A program made the translations under genes and the position numbers. From an uncultured Oscillospiraceae bacterium (GTDB lineage: Bacteria; Bacillota; Clostridia; Oscillospirales; Ruminococcaceae), in the NCBI GenBank assembly GCA_949745795.1, contig CATKAZ010000110.1, positions 10,723-74,722 of the forward strand: DNA of 64,000 nucleotides, given 5' to 3'. The notes beneath the pieces were generated by a model that worked only from the letters and a program-made list of their open reading frames with translations, was not told the DNA's origin and searched no databases. Each line of letters begins with the position of its first letter. Position 1 is the first letter of the stretch. This document shows positions 39,644-49,092 of this stretch, in pieces.

Positions 39644-40453
39644 ATGAACAACGACGCTATCGGAGTATTTGATTCAGGTATAGGCGGTCTTACCGCGGTT
39701 AAAGAGCTCAACAAGCTTCTGCCCAATGAAAACATAATTTATTTCGGTGATACCGCCCGTGTTCCCTACGGCAGCAGAAGCCGTGAAACCGTAATGAAAT
39801 ATGCCAGACAGGACGTTGAATTTTTAAGAAAACATAAAATAAAAATGATAATTGCCGCATGCGGTACGGTAAGCTCAGTTGTCGGTACAAAATCTCTTGT
39901 AACCGATATACCTTTTACAGGAGTCATTCTGCCGGCAGTCCAGGCTGCATGCGGAGCTACTAAAAACGGAAGGATCGGCGTTATCGGAACTCCTGCAACT
40001 ATTAAAAGCGGCAGCTTCGGAAAGGCTGTAAAAAACATTAATCCACATGCCTTTGTCATCGGAAATCCGTGTCCCTTGTTTGTTCATCTGGTGGAAAACG
40101 GGTATACCGACAGAAATAATAAAATAACAAAGCTGGCAGCTGAAGAATACCTTGCTCCCATCAAAGCCGAAGGCGTAGATACATTGATTCTCGGATGCAC
40201 TCACTATCCCGTTATTAAAGAAATTATTTCCGACATTATGGGAAATGATGTTACACTTATTTCTCCGGGTGCAGAAGCTGCAAAATATGCACAAAGCTGT
40301 CTTATGGAAAAGGATATGCTTTCGGACAGAACAGAATCCGGAAAAAATACGTATTACGTAAGCGACAGTACTGAACTTTTTGAGGAAAATGCTAAGCATT
40401 TTCTTGAACATGCTGTTGAAGGTGAAGTTTTCAGCTGTAGTTTAGGAGATTAA
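39644..40453 (+). CDS. murI: Glutamate racemase
   Basis: 269 aa with IGVFDSGIGGLT and the catalytic Cys motifs IAACGTVS and LGCTHYP. Confidence 0.92.
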   Translation: MNNDAIGVFDSGIGGLTAVKELNKLLPNENIIYFGDTARVPYGSRSRETVMKYARQDVEFLRKHKIKMIIAACGTVSSVVGTKSLVTDIPFTGVILPAVQAACGATKNGRIGVIGTPATIKSGSFGKAVKNINPHAFVIGNPCPLFVHLVENGYTDRNNKITKLAAEEYLAPIKAEGVDTLILGCTHYPVIKEIISDIMGNDVTLISPGAEAAKYAQSCLMEKDMLSDRTESGKNTYYVSDSTELFEENAKHFLEHAVEGEVFSCSLGD

Positions 40454-40455
40454 AA

Positions 40456-40878
40456 TTGACAAAAGATGTAATGATACAAATGAAAAGTATTCAGTCTATA
40501 TACGACGATAAAACCGAAACAGAACTGATTACCCGCGGAAAATTCAGCAGAAGGAACAAATCTTATCATATCTTATATGAGGATTCCGAAGCTACCGGTT
40601 TCAGCGGTTCTGTAACGGAAATTTCGGTAACGGAAAATAAAATCGCATCAATAATCAGAACAGGCAGCACAAACTCCGACCTGATTATTGAGCCCGGCAA
40701 AAAGCATCACTGCCACTATGAAACACCATATGGTTCAATGGATGTGGGCATTTACACTCACTCCATAAAAAACAATCTTATGGACAGCGGCGGCGATCTT
40801 TATATGAAATATACTTTAGATATTAACTCAAGTTATATGTCTGATAATGAAATTATAATGAATATAAAAAAAGCATAA
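40456..40878 (+). CDS. DUF1934-domain protein (YwiB-like)
   Basis: 140 aa beta-rich protein immediately upstream of argS, the conserved position of ywiB-like genes in Firmicutes. TTG start. Confidence 0.6.
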   Translation: MTKDVMIQMKSIQSIYDDKTETELITRGKFSRRNKSYHILYEDSEATGFSGSVTEISVTENKIASIIRTGSTNSDLIIEPGKKHHCHYETPYGSMDVGIYTHSIKNNLMDSGGDLYMKYTLDINSSYMSDNEIIMNIKKA

Positions 40879-40900
40879 GCAGAAAGGTATGATTTAATTC

Positions 40901-42667
40901 ATGGCAAACTTGACAAAGCTTGCATCATCACAAATAAGAGATATTGTTATGGCTTCACTGGGCAGACTGGTGGCTTCAGGAAAAGCTCCCTCAGCCCCCC
41001 TGCCTGATTTCAGAGTAGAAATTCCGGCAGATAAAAGTCATGGGGATTTTGCCGTAAACACCGCTATGGTTTGTGCAAAAGCATTTAAACTTCCCCCCAG
41101 AAAAATCGCAGAAATGATTTGTGATGAACTGATTCTTGACGGAACTTACTTTGAAAGAACCGAAATTGCCGGTCCGGGATTTATTAACTTTTTCCTTGGC
41201 AGAAGATGGTTCTCTGAAATAGTAGACTCGGTTATAAAAGAAGGCTGCGAATACGGTAAAACCGAAACCGGTGCAGGCAAAAAAGTACTGGTCGAATTTG
41301 TGTCTGCCAATCCTACGGGTCCTATGCATATCGGCAACGCCAGAGGCGGCGCTATAGGCGATTGTCTTGCCGAAATTATGAATTGGGCAGGATACGATGT
41401 TCAGCGTGAGTTTTATGTAAACGACGCCGGAAATCAAATTGAAAAATTCGGAAAATCATTAGACTTAAGATTTATGCATATTTGCAGCAGTAACGGACAA
41501 GCTATTATCAAAGAATCTGACGGAAATATTCAGACTATATGCGAAACGATCTATAACGATACTGAAAATTTCTCCATGCCTGAAGATGTTTACCTGGGAA
41601 TGGATATCATAGAACATGCATACAACTATTTTAAAGAAAACGGTACATCGCTTTCCGGCGAAAGCGAAGATATACGTAAAAAAGCTCTTACGGCTTTCGC
41701 ACTTCCGAAAAATATTGCCGGACTGGAACGTGACCTTTCAAAGTACCGCATCACATACGACAACTGGTTTAAAGAAAGCACTCTTCACAATGACGGTTCA
41801 GTCAACGAAATAATTGAAAAGCTTAAAGCAAGCGGTTATACATATGAACTGGACGGCGCTTTATGGTTTAAATCCTCTGAATTAGGCGATGAAAAGGACA
41901 GAGTACTGATTCGTGCAAACGGCGTTGTTACTTATTTTGTACCGGATATAGCCTACCATTACAATAAGCTTGTAGCCAGAGGCTAAGACAAGGCAATTGA
42001 TATTTTCGGCGCTGACCACCACGGATATATACCACGTATGAAAGCAGCCCTTACCGCACTGGGTGTAAATGCAGACAAGCTTGATATAGTTATAATGCAG
42101 ATGGTAAACCTTGTAAGAAACGGTGAAAAATACAAACTATCCAAGCGTTCGGGCAAGGCTATTACCCTTTCAACGCTGCTTGATGAAATTCCAATCGACG
42201 CTGCCCGATTCTTCTTCAACCTGCGTGAACCTAATTCACATTTTGACTTTGACCTGGATCTTGCAGTAGAAAAATCATCACAGAATCCTGTTTATTATGT
42301 TCAATATGCTCATGCAAGAATATGCAGTCTGCTCTCTAACCTTAAGTCAGAAGGATATGACGCAGAAAGTTACAATATTAATGATCTTGATATACTGGAC
42401 AAGCCTCAGGAAATAGAACTTATCAGACAGCTTGCGGCTCTGCCGAATGAAATTGACAGTGCGGCAAAAGCATATGATCCGGCTAAAATCACTAAGTACT
42501 CAGTGGAGCTTGCAACTCTTTTCCATAAATTTTATGATGTATGCAGTGTAAAAAATGCTGAAAACGAAGACATAAAAAAAGCTCGTCTTTTACTTTGCAA
42601 AGCAGTTCTTCAGGCCCTCAGAAATTCACTGACAATAATGAAAATCGACTGTCCTGAAAAAATGTAA
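40901..42667 (+). pseudogene. argS: Arginine--tRNA ligase interrupted by a single in-frame TAA (41984-41986)
   Basis: The N-terminal part (40901-41983) has HIGN (ANPTGPMHIGNARG). The sequence after the stop continues in the same frame as [22 protein letters not shown]...KLSKRSGKAITL...QYAHARI. The two ORF-track entries are in one frame (42038-40901 is divisible by 3). Confidence 0.9.
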
Positions 42668-42708
42668 TTACAATTGCGGTTACATTTTTGTTACAAAAAA
42701 ATTAACCA

Positions 42709-42792
42709 TTTGTTGATATTTGACAATTATCAACATAGCTTCTTTGTTGATAATTTCTTCCAAAGGCTAATTGTTAACAATTTGTTAACAAT
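42709..42792. promoter_or_regulatory. Cluster of operator-like repeats upstream of the PucR-type regulator
   Basis: TTTGTTGATA occurs at 42709-42718 and 42743-42752, with inverted TTATCAACA at 42727-42735. A perfect tandem 11-mer TTGTTAACAAT x2 lies at 42771-42792, and each copy contains the palindrome TTGTTAACAA. An extended -10 (TGTTACAAT) follows at 42808-42816. Confidence 0.5.
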
Positions 42793-42880
42793 TTCTCCGC
42801 TAAAATGTGTTACAATTTGTAATATATTAAGGCATTATAGAAGCATTGAATTAAAAACATAAACAGAAAGGAATGCTGAC

Positions 42881-43966
42881 ATGTCCAACAGATTATTTCA
42901 AGGTCTAGTACATCAAATGAGAGATGCTGTTAATGCTGTAATAGGAGTTGTTGATGAAACAGCAACAATCATCGCCTGCAGTGACCTTACTAAAGTAGGA
43001 TCCACTAACGAATTTGTTTCTCTTGATCTGAGTGATTCTCACGATATTTTTATAAGAGACGGATACACCTACAAGCCATTCGGCTCAAGGGTTAAACCGG
43101 AGTATGCTGTTTTTGTAGAAGGTGTTGACGATAATGCGGCTAAATATGCAAGCATTATGGCAATAAGTCTTTCTAATATAAAACAGTATTATGACGAAAA
43201 ATATGACAGAAATAATTTTATTAAAAATGTTGTTTTGGATAACGTTCTCCCCGGTGACATTGTCATAAAAGCAAGAGAACTTCATTTTAATGCCGAAATC
43301 AGCAGAGTTGTTTTTCTTATAAGAATTGTTTCCGCAAACGATATCTCAGCATATGACGTAATACAGAATCTCTTCCCTGATAAGAATAAGGATTTTGTTT
43401 TCAATATTACCGAAAGTGATATCGTTCTTGTCAAAGAAATTAAGAATACCGTTGAATCAAATGACCTTGAAAAGCTTGCACGTTCCATTGCAGATACTTT
43501 AAGCAGCGAATTCTATACCAGAGTTAACGTTGGTATCGGTACTGCGGTTATCGGTGTAAAAGATCTGGCACGTTCATTCAAAGAAGCTCAAATGGCTCTT
43601 GAAGTCGGAAAGGTTTTTGATACCGATAAAAATATTGTAAGCTATGATAATCTGGGTATTGCAAGACTTATTTATCATCTGCCTACAACCCTTTGCGAAA
43701 CATTTCTTCATGAAGTGTTCAAAAGAGGAAGTATAGATTCTCTGGATCATGAAACATTATTTACTATCCAAAAGTTTTTTGAAAATAACCTTAATGTTTC
43801 CGAAACTTCAAGAAAGCTTTTTGTTCACAGAAATACTTTGGTTTATCGTCTTGAAAAAATCAAAAAACTTACCGGTCTTGATCTAAGAGAATTTGACCAC
43901 GCAATAATATTTAAAATTGCTTTAATGGTAAAGAAATATTTATCAGCTAATCCAATCAAATTCTAA
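42881..43966 (+). CDS. PucR/CdaR-family transcriptional regulator
   Basis: 361 aa with the C-terminal PucR-type HTH ETSRKLFVHRNTLVYRLEKIKKLTGLDLREFD. Confidence 0.75.
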   Translation: MSNRLFQGLVHQMRDAVNAVIGVVDETATIIACSDLTKVGSTNEFVSLDLSDSHDIFIRDGYTYKPFGSRVKPEYAVFVEGVDDNAAKYASIMAISLSNIKQYYDEKYDRNNFIKNVVLDNVLPGDIVIKARELHFNAEISRVVFLIRIVSANDISAYDVIQNLFPDKNKDFVFNITESDIVLVKEIKNTVESNDLEKLARSIADTLSSEFYTRVNVGIGTAVIGVKDLARSFKEAQMALEVGKVFDTDKNIVSYDNLGIARLIYHLPTTLCETFLHEVFKRGSIDSLDHETLFTIQKFFENNLNVSETSRKLFVHRNTLVYRLEKIKKLTGLDLREFDHAIIFKIALMVKKYLSANPIKF

Positions 43967-44029
43967 TTAAGATAATACGTGGTCAACTTATTTTATCACC
44001 GTTTTAAATGGTGGAAAGAAGGTGTCCCT

Positions 44030-44713
44030 TTGGTAGAACTGAAAAATGTCTCAGTTACCTATTCAACCGGCGTAGATGCGCTGAATAACATCAGTCTAAG
44101 AATTGACGACGGAGATTTTGCCTTTGTTGTCGGCTCATCGGGTGCGGGAAAAAGTACCCTAATTAAGCTGATACTAAAGGAAATTGACGCTACCAGCGGC
44201 GTTGTTATGGTAAATGACTATAACTTAAGTAAGCTGAGAAGAAAAAAAATTCCTGAATTTCGCAGAACCATCGGTTTTGTTTTTCAGGATTTCCGACTTA
44301 TTCCCTCAATGACCGTATATGAAAATATTGCTTTCGTTCTTCGTGTTATTGATGCACCAAGAAAATATATACGAAAAAGAGTTCCGTATGTTATAAGCCT
44401 TGTAGGACTTCAGGACAAGGCTAATTCTTATCCGAATCAGCTTTCCGGCGGCGAGCAGCAGCGTGTTGCCATTGCCAGAGCGCTGGTTAATGATCCTCAG
44501 CTTATTATTGCGGACGAGCCTACGGGAAATATTGATCCCGAGCTTTCCTATGAAATTGTTGAACTTCTCAAAGGTATCAATGAATGCGGTACAACGATCT
44601 TAATGGTAACTCATGAACACGATCTAGTACGGCACTTCGGCGGACGTATTATTAACATCAATTCCGGCGAAATTGTCTTTGATGAAGTGATTGGAGGCAA
44701 TAATGAAGCTTAG
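44030..44713 (+). CDS. ftsE: Cell division ATP-binding protein FtsE
   Basis: Walker A GSSGAGKST, signature LSGGEQQRVAIARA and Walker B IIADEPTGN. I chose the TTG start at 44030 after GAAGGTG, which gives the typical ~228 aa. Confidence 0.88.
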   Translation: MVELKNVSVTYSTGVDALNNISLRIDDGDFAFVVGSSGAGKSTLIKLILKEIDATSGVVMVNDYNLSKLRRKKIPEFRRTIGFVFQDFRLIPSMTVYENIAFVLRVIDAPRKYIRKRVPYVISLVGLQDKANSYPNQLSGGEQQRVAIARALVNDPQLIIADEPTGNIDPELSYEIVELLKGINECGTTILMVTHEHDLVRHFGGRIININSGEIVFDEVIGGNNEA

Positions 44714-45608
44714 CGGTATCAGATATTTAGGACGTCAGGGTCTTGATAACATTTGGAAAAACAGAATGATGGCATTTGCATCGTTTTGCGTTTTGCTTGT
44801 ATCACTTCTACTGGTTGGTATCTCAATTTTATTCTACATAAACCTCAATTCAATTATCGGCGGAATCGAAAACAAAAATGAAGTAATTGTTTTCCTGGAT
44901 GAAAATATTAATGACAGTCAATTGAAAGAAGTTAAATCAAAGCTAGACCAAATTGAAAATATTGATGAAATTTCTTACTACTCAAAAGATGAAGCCTTTG
45001 AATCAATGAAAAAAAGCATGTCTGACTATGAAAAAGTATTTGATTCACTGGGAGATGACAATCCTCTCTTGGATTCATACAGAATAAAAATTAAAGATAT
45101 TTCATTTACATCGGAAACAGTAACCTTAATTCAGGAGCTTGATCATGTTTACTCAATAAGAGCGCCGTATGATTTTGTAAATATACTGACAGAAATGAGA
45201 AAAATCATTACGTTAGTTGCCTCTGCCATAATTGTTGCTCTTGCTATAGTATCAATGGTTATCATTTCAAATACTACTAAAGCAAGTGTATTTGCAAGAC
45301 GAAACGAAATTAGTATTATGAAATACGTAGGTGCTACTAACGCGTTTATACGAGTACCGTTCTTTGTAGAAGGCATGGTAACAGGATTTGCAGCTGGTCT
45401 TATAGCTACAATTATAACCTGGTTCGGTTACGACGCTGTTGTCGAACTGCTTACAAAGGAAGTTAATATATTAAATATTATAGGTATTGGAAGTATAATA
45501 CCTTTCAATGATATAATATTTAAAGTTGCAGGAACTTATATTTTGGCCGGAGGCTGTATAGGTGCTCTCGGAAGCGTTATCAGTACACGCAAACATCTGA
45601 ATGTATAA
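44703..45608 (+). CDS. ftsX: Cell division permease-like protein FtsX
   Basis: The start MKLSGIRYLGRQGLDNIWKNR follows GGAGG. It has TM1, an extracellular loop domain and three C-terminal TM helices, and overlaps the end of ftsE. Confidence 0.88.
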   Translation: MKLSGIRYLGRQGLDNIWKNRMMAFASFCVLLVSLLLVGISILFYINLNSIIGGIENKNEVIVFLDENINDSQLKEVKSKLDQIENIDEISYYSKDEAFESMKKSMSDYEKVFDSLGDDNPLLDSYRIKIKDISFTSETVTLIQELDHVYSIRAPYDFVNILTEMRKIITLVASAIIVALAIVSMVIISNTTKASVFARRNEISIMKYVGATNAFIRVPFFVEGMVTGFAAGLIATIITWFGYDAVVELLTKEVNILNIIGIGSIIPFNDIIFKVAGTYILAGGCIGALGSVISTRKHLNV

Positions 45609-45661
45609 TAAACCGTAAAATAAAGATTGGTGGTGTAATGTCGGATTGACCGACTTAAAAC

Positions 45662-47074
45662 ATGAAGTTAAAAGTAAAAAAATTAAAAATTACGGCAGTG
45701 CTTTTATGTGCAATGATTGCCGCAGGAGGTCTTACATACGTCAATAACCATGATCATATCACAGTAGAAGCTAAAACCATTTCCGATCTGGAAGATGAAA
45801 AAGCAGCTAATGAAGCTGAAATTAAAAGACTTCAGGAAGAAATGGACAACATTGACGGAGATATTTCTCAGGCAGAAAAGGATCAGGAGCTTCTTCAGGA
45901 AAAAATTGATCTTCAAAATGAAAATATTGCAATTGTAAACACTAAAATCAATGATATCAATACAAAAATTACTGAAAAAGAAGAAAAAATTTCACAGTTG
46001 GAAATTGATATTGAAAATAAACAAGATGACATTGATATCGGTCTTGAAGAATTCAAAAGCCGTCTGAGAGCTATGTATGTTTCCGGAAATGACAGCTTGG
46101 CGTCCGCTTTGGTAGGAGCAACTGACTTTTATGATATGCTTTCAAAAATTGAACTTATATCTCAAGTTTCAAAGCATGATAATGAACTTGTAAAGTCACT
46201 GATGACTCAGCTTGAACAGTTTGAAGAAGCTCAGACACAGCTTGATATCGAAAAAACAGAGCTTAACGCTGATCTGTCTGAACAGGAAGAATACAAAAAA
46301 GAACTGAATGCAGCAATTATCGAACTCAATAATGACTATCAGGAATCTCAGGATTATATTGACCGTCAGGAAGCTGAAATAGCATCAAGACAAGCTGATA
46401 TTAAAAAATATGAAGCTGACAATGCAGCTATGGACGCTGAAATCGATGAGATCAATGAAATCGCAAGACAGCAGGCTGAAGCTGCAAAAGCAGCGGCAGC
46501 ACAGCAAAACAGTTATAAGGAAGACGATAACGAACCGGAAGAAGATAATAGCTATTCTAACGAAGAAAATAATGATAATCCCGGCACAGGCGGCGGAGAC
46601 ACTTCAGGTGACGGAGAAATCGGCGGTTCCAGTGGAGACGGCGGCTACAGCGGAGGAGCTTTAACATGGCCTGTTCCCGGATTCTACGGAATTTCCAGCG
46701 GATACGGTTACAGATGGGGTTCGCTCCACGCAGGTATTGATATTGCAGGCGGCGGCATTCACGGCGCTTCAATAGTTTCGGCAGCCAGCGGTACTGTTAT
46801 CCTTGTAAAATCAGGCTGTTCTCATGACTACGGAAAAGATTACAGCTGCGGCTGCAACGGCGGTTACGGCAACTACGTAGTTGTGGATCACGGAAACGGT
46901 ATTACTACACTTTACGGTCATTGCTCGTCTGTTTACGTTTCAGTAGGACAATCGGTATCTGCCGGTGAAACAATAGGTTCAGTCGGTTCTACCGGATGGT
47001 CTACAGGTAATCACTGTCACTTTGAAGTGAGAGTAAACGGTTCAACTGTCGATCCGACAAGCTACTTATACTAA
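45662..47074 (+). CDS. Coiled-coil M23-family peptidoglycan hydrolase/activator (EnvC/PcsB-like)
   Basis: 470 aa with a signal/TM segment, about 250 aa of coiled coil, an Asn/Gly/Glu-rich linker and an M23 domain (HAGIDIAG, GYGNYVVVDHGNGITTLYGH, GNHCHFEV). Confidence 0.85.
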   Translation: MKLKVKKLKITAVLLCAMIAAGGLTYVNNHDHITVEAKTISDLEDEKAANEAEIKRLQEEMDNIDGDISQAEKDQELLQEKIDLQNENIAIVNTKINDINTKITEKEEKISQLEIDIENKQDDIDIGLEEFKSRLRAMYVSGNDSLASALVGATDFYDMLSKIELISQVSKHDNELVKSLMTQLEQFEEAQTQLDIEKTELNADLSEQEEYKKELNAAIIELNNDYQESQDYIDRQEAEIASRQADIKKYEADNAAMDAEIDEINEIARQQAEAAKAAAAQQNSYKEDDNEPEEDNSYSNEENNDNPGTGGGDTSGDGEIGGSSGDGGYSGGALTWPVPGFYGISSGYGYRWGSLHAGIDIAGGGIHGASIVSAASGTVILVKSGCSHDYGKDYSCGCNGGYGNYVVVDHGNGITTLYGHCSSVYVSVGQSVSAGETIGSVGSTGWSTGNHCHFEVRVNGSTVDPTSYLY

Positions 47075-47088
47075 GATAAAATAATATA

Positions 47089-47120
47089 GGGGCAAGTTTA
47101 TTTCTTGTCCCTGTTTTTTT
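47089..47120 (+). terminator. Intrinsic terminator
   Basis: GGGGCAAG / CTTGTCCC stem (one G-U pair) followed by TGTTTTTTT. Confidence 0.7.
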
Positions 47121-47139
47121 AACAAAAGAAGGCGATAAA

Positions 47140-48306
47140 ATGGAAAATAAAATAAGCAAAAACAAAGCTTTTCTTGCTGCCTTAATATCTTCAGCCATTA
47201 CAGGCGCTGTAGTTTTAGGTCTATGCAATAAACATTTTTCCGATTTAAAAGAAAAGGAAAGTACAATTAAAGAATTCTTTGAAGTTAAAGACTATATTGA
47301 TGAATTTTTTTATGACGATATTAATGACGAAACCTTAATCACCAGTGCATTAAAAGGATTAGTGAGCGGACTTGATGATAATTATGCGGCATATATGACT
47401 CCCGAAGAATATGAACAATCAATAATAAACGTTCAAGGTTCATTAACGGGAATCGGTATCAGCGTTACTCAAAATGATGAAAAAAAAGTTGAAATCGTAG
47501 ACGTTACCGAAAATTCACCTGCATCAAAATATGATATACAATCAGGAGATATTTTGACCGCTATAGATGGTATTGATGCGGAAAATATTGAATACAACAA
47601 TTTAGTTAATTTAGTCCGAGGCAAGGAAGGTACAAATGTTACAATTACTCTTGACCGTAACGGCAAAAAACTTGAATATACAATAACCAGAGAAAAAATC
47701 GAGACCCAAACAGTAACATATGAGATGCTTGAAAACAATATTGCATATATAAAAATTACAGGTTTTAAAGAAACGACTGTTGAACAATACGAAAATGCTC
47801 TTGATAACGCACTAAAAAACAATGCAAAGGGAATTATTTTTGACCTCAGAGACAACGGAGGCGGTCTGCTTACATCATGCTCATCATGCCTGGATCCGCT
47901 TTTGCCAAAAGGCGTTGTTGCTACCGCTAACTTCAAAAACGGAAAAACTGAAGTAATATGCGAATCCGACGCCGAAGAACTTGACTTGCCAATGGCAGTA
48001 CTTGTAAATGAAAATACTGCAAGTGCGGCTGAACTTTTCGCTTCTGCATTAAGAGATTTTGATAAGGCAAAGCTTGTCGGAAAAAATACATTCGGCAAAG
48101 GTATCATGCAAAACACGGTCAAATTAAAAAACGGCGGCGGTTTGAAAATAACTGTAGCTACATATAAAACTGCAAAATCTGAATGTTATCATAAAATAGG
48201 TCTTGCACCTGATTATGAAGTTGATATTCCGGAAAATACAGATATAAGCACAGTAAATCCGGAAAAAGATACCCAGCTAAAAAAAGCTATAGAGATATTA
48301 AAATAA
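47140..48306 (+). CDS. ctpA: S41-family C-terminal processing peptidase
   Basis: 388 aa with a TM anchor, a PDZ domain (GIGISV...GDILTAIDG), GGGLL, NENTASAAELFASALRD and TFGKGI. Confidence 0.85.
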   Translation: MENKISKNKAFLAALISSAITGAVVLGLCNKHFSDLKEKESTIKEFFEVKDYIDEFFYDDINDETLITSALKGLVSGLDDNYAAYMTPEEYEQSIINVQGSLTGIGISVTQNDEKKVEIVDVTENSPASKYDIQSGDILTAIDGIDAENIEYNNLVNLVRGKEGTNVTITLDRNGKKLEYTITREKIETQTVTYEMLENNIAYIKITGFKETTVEQYENALDNALKNNAKGIIFDLRDNGGGLLTSCSSCLDPLLPKGVVATANFKNGKTEVICESDAEELDLPMAVLVNENTASAAELFASALRDFDKAKLVGKNTFGKGIMQNTVKLKNGGGLKITVATYKTAKSECYHKIGLAPDYEVDIPENTDISTVNPEKDTQLKKAIEILK

Positions 48307-48317
48307 TAAAAAAATGC

Positions 48318-48346
48318 TTGACAAGCAAATGAAACTGTGATATAAT
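48318..48346 (+). promoter_or_regulatory. Consensus sigma-A promoter for rplJ-rplL
   Basis: TTGACA (48318-48323), a 17-nt spacer and TATAAT (48341-48346). Confidence 0.8.
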
Positions 48347-48352
48347 ATAAAA

Positions 48353-48518
48353 GTTGTTAAAACAAATCGTATTCTTAAGACAGTTGGCAGCGAAAGCAGT
48401 AAGTCCAGCCGAGGAATGTGCATTAAATATGATTTATTTATGCCCTTTTCCTCTGGAAAAGGTTTTTTTGCATTATTCTTTTGATACGATTATACAAATA
48501 ATCGGAGGTGAAACTATA
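48353..48518 (+). promoter_or_regulatory. Ribosomal protein L10 leader (autoregulatory attenuator)
   Basis: A 5' UTR of about 165 nt lies between a consensus promoter and rplJ. It ends in the terminator-like hairpin CCTTTTCC-TCT-GGAAAAGG plus TTTTTTT (48444-48469). This is the position and architecture of the Firmicute L10 leader. Confidence 0.7.
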
Positions 48519-49028
48519 ATGCCAAGCGAAAAGGTTTTAGAAGCTAAGAAAGCTAAGGTTGAACAGCTTACAGAAACACTCAAGAATGCAGTTTCATTCG
48601 TTATCGTTGACTACAAGGGTATCACAGTTGAAGAGGATACAAAGCTCAGACGTGATCTCCGTGCTGAAAACGTTAAGTATTCTGTAGAAAAGAACTCACT
48701 TCTGCGTTTTGCTCTTAAAAATGCAGGAATCGAAGGTCTTGATGATGTTCTTGAAGGAACAACTGCTATCGCTGTTTCAAATGAGGACCAGACAGCTCCC
48801 GCAAGAGTTTTAGGTAAGTACGCTTCAGAAATGGACGGTAAATTTAATCTGAAAGCCGGTATGGTTGACGGTGAAATTTACGATGAAAAGGGTGTTGTTG
48901 CTCTTTCAAAGATTCCTTCAAAGGACGTTCTTCTTGCACAGTTGGTTGGCTCACTTCAGGGTCCGATTCAGGGACTGGCTGCTATTCTCAAGGCTGTTGC
49001 AGACAGCAAATCAGAAGATGCTGCTTAA
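48519..49028 (+). CDS. rplJ: 50S ribosomal protein L10
   Basis: The start MPSEKVLEAKKAKVEQL follows GGAGGTG. The ORF-track start at 48354 lies inside the leader. Confidence 0.93.
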   Translation: MPSEKVLEAKKAKVEQLTETLKNAVSFVIVDYKGITVEEDTKLRRDLRAENVKYSVEKNSLLRFALKNAGIEGLDDVLEGTTAIAVSNEDQTAPARVLGKYASEMDGKFNLKAGMVDGEIYDEKGVVALSKIPSKDVLLAQLVGSLQGPIQGLAAILKAVADSKSEDAA

Positions 49029-49092
49029 TTTTTACGCTGACAGTTTTATCTGTCTCAATTAATTACATTACTATAAAAGGAGATTTTTAATC

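Noticed and set aside
39875-40411. 178-aa ORF antisense to murI. The same applies to the ORFs at 39766-40059, 40991-41437, 20733-21188, 53942-54373, 57420-57818 and similar.
   Set aside because: All overlap confidently identified genes on the opposite strand and lack RBS and motif support.
42720-42725. TTGACA hexamer, considered as the -35 of the PucR-type regulator promoter
   Set aside because: No acceptable -10 lies 16-18 nt downstream. The extended -10 at 42808-42816 is a better promoter candidate.
42771-42792. Tandem 11-mer TTGTTAACAAT x2, considered as a possible CRISPR or minisatellite
   Set aside because: There are only two units, no spacers and no cas genes. The size and palindromic nature fit a protein-binding operator, not a CRISPR array.
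42674-42862. 62-aa ORF in the argS/PucR intergenic region
   Set aside because: It starts with TTG/GTG-type context and has no RBS. Its sequence is dictated by the operator-like repeats, so the region is better explained as regulatory DNA.
47469-48122. 217-aa ORF antisense to the S41 peptidase gene
   Set aside because: It is embedded in a well-supported CDS, is Ser/Phe-rich low complexity, and has no start context.
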